Source: Candidatus Electrothrix yaqonensis | GTDB taxonomy: Bacteria > Desulfobacterota > Desulfobulbia > Desulfobulbales > Desulfobulbaceae | Reading direction: 5' to 3' | NCBI GenBank assembly: GCA_047651235.1 | Contig: CP178758.1 | Coordinates: 360,001-392,000 of the forward strand | Length of the DNA stretch: 32,000 nucleotides | Part shown: positions 8,208 through 17,036 of the stretch, piece after piece | How the letters are laid out: the number at the start of each line of letters is the position of its first letter | How positions within the stretch are numbered: position 1 is the first letter of the stretch | Notes under the pieces: generated by a model | The model's database searches: none | What the model saw: the letters and a program-made list of their open reading frames with translations, nothing else | Told to the model about the DNA's origin: nothing | Position numbers and translations under genes: made by a program

Positions 8208-9583
8208 CAGTACATTATAGTATCTATAAAAAAAGACCTTTCTTCATTTGTCTTCAAACTGGAATTATGCCAAAGAAAAGTAAAGTTGCCGCCGTATCTA
8301 CGAGTTCTTTCTTTCAACTTATAAACAAGCTCATAAGCCTTTTCGGAATAACCGAGACCAAGATAATAATCCTCAATAACAGAACATTCCATGAAGATCA
8401 AAGGGTGTTGCTTGATTGACAGTTTTGATTTTTTTTTCCAGCTCCACATGGTGAATTCTCTGCCGGTTCCGAAACGAAAGCCGGGATGGTCAGCGTATCC
8501 TCCGGTTGAATCGTAAGTAAACCCTGCTGCGTCAAGATGATCCGGAGTCTGGGCAGCATCCCAACGGAGATAATGCTGTCGATTACCTTCAATATTTATA
8601 GGAGCTATTTTATCGCATATCATCTGTAATTTCTGACGTTCTGTAAAAATTTTCAGGGGATTACGATAGGTATTATAGCTTCCGTGTAAGCCTATTTTGT
8701 GGCCCCGTTTATAAATTTTTTCAATCAGGTAAAGAACCCTCCTCTCTTTCAGAGAATAGCACCCATTGTTCGGTTCAGAATTGTCCGCTATGAAATAGAA
8801 GGTGACACACAGATTATTCTGCTCGCATATATCCATATACCAGTCAAACGTATAGTGAGGATCAAAGCGAAAGCTTCCCAATTTATTAAAGCAGTACCCA
8901 TTGACTCGCTTCATTGCTTCCAAGGGATTTTTTCGCTTTACAATATCTCCCCCGACAGTACGTAATAATTTTTTATAATTTTTGACAGTGCAATCAAAAG
9001 GACGATCAACATCACAAGTGACATTTATCTTTGCACTATGCTTTTTTCGTGTCAAATTCGGCCAGAACTGCTTCAGGCAGGCCCAAAGCAGTTCCACATA
9101 TTCATCAACAATCGGACGTTCTAAGAAACCTTTCTGATATGCTAGCGATGCCGTTGCTGGAAAACGGTTATATTGGTCACGATCAGGTGAAACCACCTCT
9201 TCGTATCGGGAAAGCATAAAGAAAATTGTACCGATAATATCGACACCTGATACAATTGAGTTTTCATGAAATTCAAACCTGTCAGAACCGAAGAGCACAG
9301 GAAGATATGCTGAGTCTAACGAAACATCAAATCTTATGGCAGCAACATCTAATGTCAACAAAGGTACGTCGGCTAATGAAGCTAGATGCAATGCTTCATT
9401 TTCAGCATATACAAGGAAAGAGTTAGATATACGCAGTGTTTTTCCTTCATATAGAATAAAAAAATCTTTCTCTTCATGCGTATCTATTCGATAGTTTATT
9501 CCAAGAAATTCATTAAGCACTACCTGTGCAACCCAAGCAACTTCATTGAAGCAATACGAGGGTGTCAGAAATATCAAGGCCAT
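8207..9583 (-). CDS. Polysaccharide-deacetylase-like (CE4-like) family protein with an N-terminal accessory domain
   Basis: 458 aa. The C-terminal half has ...VTFYFIAD...IGLHGSYNTY...NRQHYLRW...GFTYDSTGGYADHPGFRFGTGREF...FTFLWHNS, resembling the deacetylase-fold proteins common in EPS loci. The assignment rests on remembered family motifs only. Confidence 0.5.
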   Translation of the reverse strand: MALIFLTPSYCFNEVAWVAQVVLNEFLGINYRIDTHEEKDFFILYEGKTLRISNSFLVYAENEALHLASLADVPLLTLDVAAIRFDVSLDSAYLPVLFGSDRFEFHENSIVSGVDIIGTIFFMLSRYEEVVSPDRDQYNRFPATASLAYQKGFLERPIVDEYVELLWACLKQFWPNLTRKKHSAKINVTCDVDRPFDCTVKNYKKLLRTVGGDIVKRKNPLEAMKRVNGYCFNKLGSFRFDPHYTFDWYMDICEQNNLCVTFYFIADNSEPNNGCYSLKERRVLYLIEKIYKRGHKIGLHGSYNTYRNPLKIFTERQKLQMICDKIAPINIEGNRQHYLRWDAAQTPDHLDAAGFTYDSTGGYADHPGFRFGTGREFTMWSWKKKSKLSIKQHPLIFMECSVIEDYYLGLGYSEKAYELVYKLKERTRRYGGNFTFLWHNSSLKTNEERSFFIDTIMY

Positions 9584-9585
9584 TG

Positions 9586-10545
9586 TTACTGAGCAAGTTC
9601 AAGCAGCAGTCTGCGAACACGTAATATTCTAGAAGGTATTTTAGAAATTGAAAAATAAGGCATCTGTAATGCGCCAAAAGAACGAAAGTATCTTTCAATC
9701 GGCTCAATCATGGAGCCTTCAAAATCAAACTTTTTAGTCACAGTTGCGGCATGACATATTGCGGTCCACATACAAAGACTGGTAGCCCCGCTGTTCCTCA
9801 ATTCAGGGTCTCCACCTCCCATCAGATAATATGCGCTGTTTTCATCCCATATTATATAAATACCGGCATGATGCCGTTTATCAGCATCCTCTGCAATCCA
9901 GATTTTTCTGCACGCACGATTCATACAGGCTTCATCGATTCTCCTGATGAAAGATTCTGAATAAGGAACCTCCTTTCCTTGGCGTTCAAAAGTCATTCTG
10001 TTGAGGCGTAAAAAGTCAGTTAACAGTAAATCGTCACGCACTTTCAGTTTAAATCGACTTTCCGCCTTGCGAATTTCTCTTCTTATATTTTCCCGCAATT
10101 CCGCCCATAATTTTTTCTCGTCTGATAGCTCAGGAAGAACGTATGTATAATTTGTTTTCTGGCTGAACCCACGCCAATAGAACGGCAGCCAGTTGGTATA
10201 TTGATAATGCCAGTTTTGAGAAAATAAATCAAAATCGGGAAGTTGGTCAATCAACGCCTGCATATGATCTTTTTGTGCAGCCAACACCTTGGCGTATTTT
10301 CCTTCAGAGCCTTTAAGCCAAGGTCCGAGAGATTGGGTCAGCGGAGGCATCTTCAATAGCGTCTTTCTTAATTTTTTCCTTATAAAGTAAGGGTTTGACG
10401 CTAAAATATTACCATTTTTTTCAACAATTGCTGCATCCCAGTGCTCTGACCCGCCACAAACTGCATCCAGCCACCAGTCACGGGAAAAAATCGGGATCGT
10501 GGATTCAGTTTGACATAACTCCCGGTATTTATCTTTTTGTGACAT
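9586..10545 (-). CDS. FemAB-like / GNAT-fold acyl- or aminoacyl-transferase (Acetyltransf_6-type)
   Basis: 319 aa. Motifs: ...IPIFSRDWWLDAVCG...LTQSLGPWL...TNWLPFYWRGFSQKTNYTYVL...YYLMGGGDPELRNSGATSL...FDFEGSMIEPIERYFRSFGA. This family is widespread in EPS loci and is usually annotated GNAT or methicillin-resistance-like. Confidence 0.6.
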   Translation of the reverse strand: MSQKDKYRELCQTESTIPIFSRDWWLDAVCGGSEHWDAAIVEKNGNILASNPYFIRKKLRKTLLKMPPLTQSLGPWLKGSEGKYAKVLAAQKDHMQALIDQLPDFDLFSQNWHYQYTNWLPFYWRGFSQKTNYTYVLPELSDEKKLWAELRENIRREIRKAESRFKLKVRDDLLLTDFLRLNRMTFERQGKEVPYSESFIRRIDEACMNRACRKIWIAEDADKRHHAGIYIIWDENSAYYLMGGGDPELRNSGATSLCMWTAICHAATVTKKFDFEGSMIEPIERYFRSFGALQMPYFSISKIPSRILRVRRLLLELAQ

Positions 10546-10547
10546 AT

Positions 10548-11498
10548 TTATTCTTTGGAATACGATTTCATAGCTTGATAAAGTTTCTGGTCAATACGAA
10601 TTTCATTGCGCCGGTTAAAATGCTCAGGTATGGAATAACTGCGGCGTGTAGTTCGGCAGCCATGTGATTCAAGGAACGACTGGATTGCATTAATTTTTTC
10701 TGATGGATTATAACAGAACTTTTCATAATTTAGATCGAAACGACGCTTTGGCGATATATCGACACGTTGCATATCTTGGTTAATTACCATATGAATATGC
10801 CGAATCTGCTCAATAACCTGCTTATATGGAGGAAGATTTATTATTTCTTTGATTCCATGTGGTTCTACTGAAAACCAAGGTGTATAATTTTTAAAGCTCT
10901 TATACCGTGCTTCTAATAAAGAGTGCCCGTTGTCTACTTCATTACGATGGATGACAATAAACAAACTTTCCGGAATATACTTGGCTATAGGTTGGATACG
11001 CAGGGAGGCGTAGAGATTTTTAAATAATACAGGTTTGTCCAAAGCGTTAGTTAATGCTGCTATAGAACATCGAAACTCCTGCATTTTTATGGGATCAACA
11101 TCATCTGACGTGACATAGGGAGGATTGCGGCGGAAAAAACGATACCACCAACTTCCACATTCGGCTGGAGCATATGCACCACAAGTTGTTCCATGATTTG
11201 ATCGATAATCAGATAGCGGCTTATTCGACAGCGGATGATAAAGATATTCTGCCAATGCGGGTGCACCAAACCACCGGCAATGACGGTTGCTGATGTAACC
11301 AACATCCAAAGCATCTGTGATGACCTGAATCATCAGCGTACTGCCGGAACGCGGAGGTCCCAAAATAAAGATGGGTGGGTGGCGTAGCGGTTCATCTGCT
11401 TTGGGCGCAATAATCTTTTCCATATGACCAAGCAAACGACAATTTACCTCTGTCACTAATCGGTGTGTGTGTTTTTTGGGGTTGAGGTATTTATTCAA
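10548..11498 (-). CDS. Sulfotransferase-family protein (PAPS-dependent type)
   Basis: It has a 5'-phosphosulfate-binding loop, PPIFILGPPRSGSTLM, and downstream ...FIVIHRNEVDNGHSLL (3'-PB-like RN..D..S). The listed start is TTG 11498. An ATG at 11423 (MEKIIAPK...) is an alternative. Confidence 0.65.
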   Translation of the reverse strand: MNKYLNPKKHTHRLVTEVNCRLLGHMEKIIAPKADEPLRHPPIFILGPPRSGSTLMIQVITDALDVGYISNRHCRWFGAPALAEYLYHPLSNKPLSDYRSNHGTTCGAYAPAECGSWWYRFFRRNPPYVTSDDVDPIKMQEFRCSIAALTNALDKPVLFKNLYASLRIQPIAKYIPESLFIVIHRNEVDNGHSLLEARYKSFKNYTPWFSVEPHGIKEIINLPPYKQVIEQIRHIHMVINQDMQRVDISPKRRFDLNYEKFCYNPSEKINAIQSFLESHGCRTTRRSYSIPEHFNRRNEIRIDQKLYQAMKSYSKE

Positions 11499-11518
11499 AA
11501 TAGGCTTGTCGTTACAGG

Positions 11519-12181
11519 TTAACCTGTTTTCTCTGCAGAAAAATATTGAATATTTTCAATGCGTTTTAAGCATGAAATCTTATATTCATTCTTTAGAAAA
11601 ATATCAATCATAGATTTTAAGGTAATTAATTTTTTATCTCCAAATGTTTTTTCTTTTTTCCCAAGCTCCCAAAAATGAGTTCGTGTATTTATCCTACCAG
11701 CAGGAATAGCTAACCTCCAAATTAATGAGGGTAGCTTTGCTATTTTTAAATTTAAATCAAGTATACGTCGTTCATTCCAAGGCAAAGAAAAATAAATAGT
11801 TGTTACATTATGTTGATCAAGTTTGTATATAACCTTTTCAAATATTGAAAACGACATATGTTCAAACACTTCAAATGCTAAAACAACTTGAATTGATTGT
11901 TTTTCATAATCAAACCCTACTGCACTGTCACAGAAATCTGGATTTTTTTTCTCGTCTATATCAAGAGTTTTAATATCCCAACCGCGTTTTTTTAACAAAT
12001 CAGAAAGTAGGCCAGTACCAATGCCAATCTCTAACATTTTTTGATTTCTTGAGCAATTGGAGTAAACTATGTCGGCCTGATGGTAATACCAGCTAAAGTG
12101 TATTTCTTTTTCAAGATCATCTATCCAGTCCGCACTGAAATAAACTTCATGACCATCAACTATTTTTGATTGATATTTCAT
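11519..12181 (-). CDS. Class I SAM-dependent methyltransferase
   Basis: SAM motif I is MLEIGIGTGLLSDLLKKRGWDIKTLDID, followed by ...VVLAFEVFEHM. I prefer the ATG at 12181 (MKYQSKIV...) to the TTG at 12223, which overlaps wzx. Confidence 0.75.
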   Translation of the reverse strand: MKYQSKIVDGHEVYFSADWIDDLEKEIHFSWYYHQADIVYSNCSRNQKMLEIGIGTGLLSDLLKKRGWDIKTLDIDEKKNPDFCDSAVGFDYEKQSIQVVLAFEVFEHMSFSIFEKVIYKLDQHNVTTIYFSLPWNERRILDLNLKIAKLPSLIWRLAIPAGRINTRTHFWELGKKEKTFGDKKLITLKSMIDIFLKNEYKISCLKRIENIQYFSAEKTG

Positions 12182-12203
12182 TCCAACTTTTACGTTAATA
12201 ATT

Positions 12204-13643
12204 TTAACAAAATGCCGCAGCAATCAAAACTAACCTAGTTAATATACCTGAAATAGTAATAACTATTGCTACGTATAGCGACAACCTATCGGGGAAAAAA
12301 AAAGAAGCCAAAATAGGCGCTATTAAAATAACTGAGAAAAAAACACTTTTTAATATCGATAAAATGATATTTGAAAAATTATAACTTGTGTATTTTGCAC
12401 CCATAAATAAATATAGAGTGTAACCAAAAAGGCTGGCCAATGAAAATAAAGCAACCGTTAACATTAAACTCTCGTTCCATATTCCAATTGCAATAGCGAA
12501 TAATCTAGCAGTAAAGAGTATTGTTTGAAGAATCAGACCTGTTTTTTGTTTCTCTAACACAATAAATATCTGGCTCAGAGGTGATACCACGAAACTAGCA
12601 AAATTAGCAATTGCCAGCCATTGGGCAAATACACCAGCGTTACGCCACTCTTCGCTAAATATTAAGGCAAAAATATCTGGTCCAGCGACAACAAAAAGCA
12701 TTGCGGGCGGCAAACCAATCTGAATCAATGTATCCTGAAGTTTTAGATAAAGTCTCCCCAACCTGTTTTCCCGACGTGCATCTACAGCGTGTGAAAGAAA
12801 AACATTGCCAAGAGCGCTACTAATCAATGACGCGGGCATGGCTAAGATCCGATGAGCCATTGCATAAAGGCCAGCAGCTCCTGCTGTAAAAAATGCCGCA
12901 AACATTAATGGAGGCAATTGCTGTCCCGCAGTATTGACCAAGGCTGACCAAATGGAAAATCTTGGAAAATGCTGGTATCGTATAGTGACTTTTTTTATAT
13001 TTTCCAGACTAACTTGTTTAAATTCAGGCTTTGCCAATGCCGGAGCAGCCAAACTGATTATACCTATTCCTTGCCTCGCAATCTGTCCGAATAATAAAGC
13101 AATGCCACCTAACTTAAACGCCGTCAGCTGAATGACCAATGCCGCAATGACCTGACGCAGTTTAGTAGCGGCTATGGTACTAAAACGCTTGGTACGGATC
13201 CCCCAATAATTAAATACGGTGTAGACTCCGCTAAACAGAACTCCAAATGGTAAAAGCCAAAAATAATCGGCAAGTCTTGGCACACCCAATATTTGGGCAA
13301 TAGGAGCACCAAAGATAAGGAGAATGATACCGACAAGGAATACTGTAATAATAACAAGTATCAAGCAAAGTACAGTGATATTGGCAGCATCAAGATCCTC
13401 TTCTGGCAAGGTTATAGCTGATTCGTAGCGCAAGCTAGAAACGACATTGATGAGTGATAGCAAACTGACATATACCGACAGCAGCCCGAAATCATCCGGG
13501 CTGTATAGGCGTGTAATTAGTGGTGCAGCAAGTATAGTAAGTAGTTGTGCTCCAGCTGTCCCGCCTACGAGTACGCTGATACTACGAGCGAAAGTGTTTT
13601 TCGGCAGTAGGGTACGAATGAAGCTTCTTATCCGATTAATCAT
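12204..13643 (-). CDS. wzx: Wzx-type polysaccharide flippase (MOP/PST family)
   Basis: 479 aa with about 12-14 hydrophobic segments. The N-terminus ...FARSISVLVGGTAGAQLLTILAAPLITRLYSPDDFGLLSV is typical of the Polysacc_synt family. ATG start. Confidence 0.8.
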   Translation of the reverse strand: MINRIRSFIRTLLPKNTFARSISVLVGGTAGAQLLTILAAPLITRLYSPDDFGLLSVYVSLLSLINVVSSLRYESAITLPEEDLDAANITVLCLILVIITVFLVGIILLIFGAPIAQILGVPRLADYFWLLPFGVLFSGVYTVFNYWGIRTKRFSTIAATKLRQVIAALVIQLTAFKLGGIALLFGQIARQGIGIISLAAPALAKPEFKQVSLENIKKVTIRYQHFPRFSIWSALVNTAGQQLPPLMFAAFFTAGAAGLYAMAHRILAMPASLISSALGNVFLSHAVDARRENRLGRLYLKLQDTLIQIGLPPAMLFVVAGPDIFALIFSEEWRNAGVFAQWLAIANFASFVVSPLSQIFIVLEKQKTGLILQTILFTARLFAIAIGIWNESLMLTVALFSLASLFGYTLYLFMGAKYTSYNFSNIILSILKSVFFSVILIAPILASFFFPDRLSLYVAIVITISGILTRLVLIAAAFC

Positions 13644-13719
13644 TAAATTAAATTACGTCAAAGCCTGCGCGATACAGTTTGTATTTTTCTCGTAAAACAC
13701 CATTTGGGCAAACTCATCA

Positions 13720-14518
13720 TTAAGTCAACCTGTTCAGCATAATTTTAATAGAGGCTAAATACACCATAGTTTCAGCTGTATCGGGATAAACCTCATAGTC
13801 TATGCCGAGTCTCCTCGACCACTGCAGCCACTCGAACGTCCGTTCAAGAATCCAACGTTTGGGAACGATCTGAAGCCCTTGCCCTTTAGGTGTCGGAGAA
13901 ATTTCCAGTCGGCACAGATGTGCTGCAGGAAGCCAAAGCGCCAGATCTCCCCGATAAGCGGCATCCGCCCATAGAACCCGAATTGATATAAAACAAAAAA
14001 AGAGAGCTTCAGGCACATCGAAAGCCTGTCGGCCGTCGGAGAGGTTGGCGTCATGCACTTTGACAACGAGAGGTATTCCCGACGTGCCAGCAGCGATATG
14101 CCGTTTACGTACGTTAATCTTTTTGTTTCCGTCAAAACCGCGCGTTTCCCCAGCCCCGGATGCTTTTACAGACTGGCTGTCGATTATCGCGGCTGTCGGC
14201 TCCGGGTTCCTTCCTTCTTTTTCCCTCAGCAGCTGATGAAGAGCCTGATGAGTAGAGATTAGGTCTGTTCTTTTCTCCATTTGCTGAAACGGTAATAAAC
14301 GTGTACCACGGCGGAAAATCATACGGAATCATAGCCCGTTGGCATCCTGTATGCACTACGTACAGAATCGCGTTGATGATTTCCCGCACATCATACTTGG
14401 GCTTCCGTCCCGGTCCTTTTTGCTGCGGAAGATATCGGGATATCAGTTTACACTGTTCACCACTCAGATCGTTTTTATATCTCTGTTTTTTTTCACCGGC
14501 AAACTCCGTTTGAATTTT
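13720..14518 (-). pseudogene. IS5-family (IS427/IS1031-like) transposase pseudogene
   Basis: ...DLSGEQCKLISRYLPQQKGPGRKPKYDVREIINAILYVVHTGCQ...DFPPWYT is in one frame. VYYRFSKWRKEQT is in a second. ...AAIIDSQSVKASG...GNKKINVRKRHI...VHDANLSDG...LWADAAYRG...VPKRWILERTFEWLQWSRRLGIDYE... is in a third. That implies at least two indels. No start codon is in frame; the frame opens after a TAA at 14519-14521. Confidence 0.85.
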
Positions 14519-14657
14519 TTAGCAAAAAACAAACACAGCTGTCGCTATGTCAATATTTACGAAACGTTGATAATCTTATAATTAGCTTTAAGCAGATCAA
14601 CTTTCTGACTTAGTTTATGTACCTGGAACGCATTTAGTGATCTGCAACAGTGCATTG

Positions 14658-14783
14658 TCACTCAGTTTTAGGGTAAACAGATTTCAATTTACAGCGGGCA
14701 TCAGAGATTTTCATTTGCCAATCTACGCCGCATTGGCTGTTGTCCATATCGATTGACCATGCGGCAATCTCTTTCTGTATGTA
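14658..14783 (-). pseudogene. C-terminal scrap of an IS630-family-like transposase
   Basis: The minus-strand reading is YIQKEIAAWSIDMDNSQCGVDWQMKISDARCKLKSVYPKTE*. It matches the remembered C-terminal signature of one IS630 subgroup (...W..N......I.WQFT..DAR.KLK.LYP). It is bounded upstream by a TGA, and no catalytic part is present. Confidence 0.45.
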
Positions 14784-14811
14784 TCACTCTAAAATTTAGC
14801 TTTTACGGAGT

Positions 14812-14922
14812 ACTATGCCTGCATTGAGATGATGATGGCTGCTCCGGCCATCCGACGCCCTATAAAACCGTATGAAATGAGCGATTCTGAATCGAGCATC
14901 ATCACCTCGTTGCAGGACTACC
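14812..14922. mobile_element. Miniature IS1-derived element (MITE-like; two IS1-type inverted repeats around 61 bp)
   Basis: 14818-14836 CCTGCATTGAGATGATGAT is identical to the inner 19 bp of the IS1 terminal repeat found at 5629-5653 and 6414-6438. 14898-14922 ATCATCACCTCGTTGCAGGACTACC matches the IS1 right repeat at 22/25. There is no coding capacity between them. Confidence 0.6.
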
Positions 14923-14951
14923 TAAAATCGATCTCTACAAAAAAAATCAAC

Positions 14952-16952
14952 TTATTCCCGTGAAGACTGTTGTTCCCCCCTCCCGCAATATCCCCCCTTT
15001 TCACAACTGCATTTATAATCAGGTGTATATTCTGGAATGATCTGCTTCATTGCCGCTTTGATGCCGTTAGGGTCATGGGCTTCAGCCTGCCTCTGAAGTT
15101 CTTCGATCCCCCTGAAAAGATCACAGCAGTTCGCATACCCATCACCCCGTAAAACCATAATACTGTTGTGATAGGTTTCAACAATTCCTTCACCTTCAGT
15201 AATCAGTTCCTCGTAGAGCTTCTCCCCTTCACGCAGGCCGGTGTATTGGATTTTTATTTCTTCATCCGGAATATATCCGGCAAGATCGATCAGCGCTTTG
15301 GCCATCTCTGCAATTTTTATCGGCCTGCCCATTTTCAGGATAAAAATCTCTCCTCCCCTGCCCATAGCGCCTGCCTGCAAAATGAGCTGGGCAGCCTCCT
15401 GGACAGACATAAAATATCTGGTTATTTCCGGATGAGTAACAGTAACCGGCCCGCCATGTTGTATCTGCCGTTTAAAAAGAGGGACGACTGAACCGGAAGA
15501 ACCCAGCACATTGCCGAAACGGACAGCCATGAAAACAGTCTCATTTTCTTCCTCCTCATACTCCGGGTCACTCTCAGAGGAAGAGGGCTCCGAAGGAGTA
15601 TATGCCAGCATCATGAGTTCAATCAATCTTTTTGAAGCACCCATAACATTGGTAGGACGCACAGCCTTGTCTGTGGACACAAGTACAAACCGTTCCACGT
15701 TGTACAGAATTGCTGTTTCCATCAGACGCTGTGCTGCAATAACATTGTTATACACTGCCTCCCAAGGGTTATTTTCAATTAAAGGGACATGTTTATATGC
15801 GGCGGCGTGAAAAACCACAGACGGTCTGTATTGTTCAAATACCATTGTAAGCACCCGCTGATTCTGCAGCTTGCCGAGTATCGGAACGAACTTATTCCAT
15901 TTAAACTCATGCGTCAATTCCATTTGAATGGAATATAAATTTTCTTCAGACGCATCAAAAAGAATGATCTGCTTCGGAGAAAAAGAGAGGATCTGACGGC
16001 AGAGTTCAGAGCCGATCGTTCCACCTGCGCCGGTAATAAGGACGACTTTATTTTCCACATAGTTCCCGATTCTGTCCTGTTCCAATCGTATTTCTTTTCT
16101 GCCCAGCAAATCGGCATAAGAAATGTCACGTATGGCTTTGACAGAAACTTTGCCGTCAATGAGTTCACCAATTCCCGGAATCACCTTGTAAGGAATTCCC
16201 GTATCCCGGCAGAGGCCAACAAGGCGCTGCATTCCCGATCCGGTTATACGGGAAATAGCAATCAGTATTTCCTGAACAGATAAATATTGAACATATTCAG
16301 AGACATCTTTGGTCAGCCCGATTACCGGGATGCCATGAATTCTCATGCCGACCTTTCTGGGATTGTCATCGACAAGACCGACCGGAAGGTAAGGAAGAGA
16401 TTTATTGCCCATCAGCTCACGCAATACTTTTTCTGCAGAATCTCCAGCTCCTACCAGTAACAGTCTTCTTGAAGCAGGAGAGATTTTTCTGAACGGGTAA
16501 ACTTCTCCTGCATTGATCTTATTGTAAAAATATCGTACCGCAATCCGTCCCCCAGCGACGAATAATAAAGTAAAAAAAGCATCAATTATGAAGAAAAAAC
16601 GGGAATAACCCTGAAAATGCGTCAGATAAGCCAGAAAAGCAACAATAAGCAGTTCGCTAATGAATGTTCCCTTGATAATATTTAACAGGTCGATATAACT
16701 CATATATCGCCACATCCCTCTGTACAGTCCGACGATATAAAAGACGAAGATTTTAAAACAGATTATCAGTATGAGCAGAGAGGAGTCTGTGTTAGGTGAT
16801 CGCCCTGTAACTTCACCTGCAAATCGAACAATTCCAGCCAAATGAAATGCAAGAAAAAGCAAAAAGACGTCGGCGGACAGAATTAACCAGAAGTTTGGAT
16901 TGAAAACCAAATTCCTTAATAAAATACACTGCCGTTTTATTTTTTGCTTCAA
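14952..16952 (-). CDS. Membrane-anchored UDP-N-acetylglucosamine 4,6-dehydratase family protein (WbpM/PglF/CapD-like)
   Basis: Four or more N-terminal TM helices, then two Rossmann segments (LLLVGAGDSAEKV... and VLITGAGGTIGSELCRQ), then ...HAAAYKHVPL...VLVSTDKAVRPTNVMGASKR...VRFGNVLGSSGSV. A TTG start at 16952 is preceded by AAGGTGGA with an 8-nt spacer. Confidence 0.85.
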   Translation of the reverse strand: MKQKIKRQCILLRNLVFNPNFWLILSADVFLLFLAFHLAGIVRFAGEVTGRSPNTDSSLLILIICFKIFVFYIVGLYRGMWRYMSYIDLLNIIKGTFISELLIVAFLAYLTHFQGYSRFFFIIDAFFTLLFVAGGRIAVRYFYNKINAGEVYPFRKISPASRRLLLVGAGDSAEKVLRELMGNKSLPYLPVGLVDDNPRKVGMRIHGIPVIGLTKDVSEYVQYLSVQEILIAISRITGSGMQRLVGLCRDTGIPYKVIPGIGELIDGKVSVKAIRDISYADLLGRKEIRLEQDRIGNYVENKVVLITGAGGTIGSELCRQILSFSPKQIILFDASEENLYSIQMELTHEFKWNKFVPILGKLQNQRVLTMVFEQYRPSVVFHAAAYKHVPLIENNPWEAVYNNVIAAQRLMETAILYNVERFVLVSTDKAVRPTNVMGASKRLIELMMLAYTPSEPSSSESDPEYEEEENETVFMAVRFGNVLGSSGSVVPLFKRQIQHGGPVTVTHPEITRYFMSVQEAAQLILQAGAMGRGGEIFILKMGRPIKIAEMAKALIDLAGYIPDEEIKIQYTGLREGEKLYEELITEGEGIVETYHNSIMVLRGDGYANCCDLFRGIEELQRQAEAHDPNGIKAAMKQIIPEYTPDYKCSCEKGGYCGRGEQQSSRE

Positions 16953-17009
16953 AAGAAAATATCCACCTTGCGTTTTTCGAGATAACTCATCTAAAAAAGA
17001 AACCTTCTT

Positions 17010-17036
17010 ATTTTATAGATAGGAGTTACGTGTCAA
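17010..17036 (-). promoter_or_regulatory. Candidate sigma-70 promoter for the dehydratase gene
   Basis: The minus strand reads TTGACA (17036-17031), a 15-nt spacer, then TAAAAT (17015-17010). Both hexamers are near consensus but the spacer is short. It lies about 55 nt upstream of the TTG start. Confidence 0.3.

Noticed and set aside
13688-14566. Possible terminal inverted repeats for the IS5-family relic (TCTCGTAAAA at 13688-13697 versus TTTACGAAAC at 14557-14566)
   Set aside because: Only about 8 of 9-10 bases match, with no extension. That is too short to separate from chance, so the element boundaries are left undefined.
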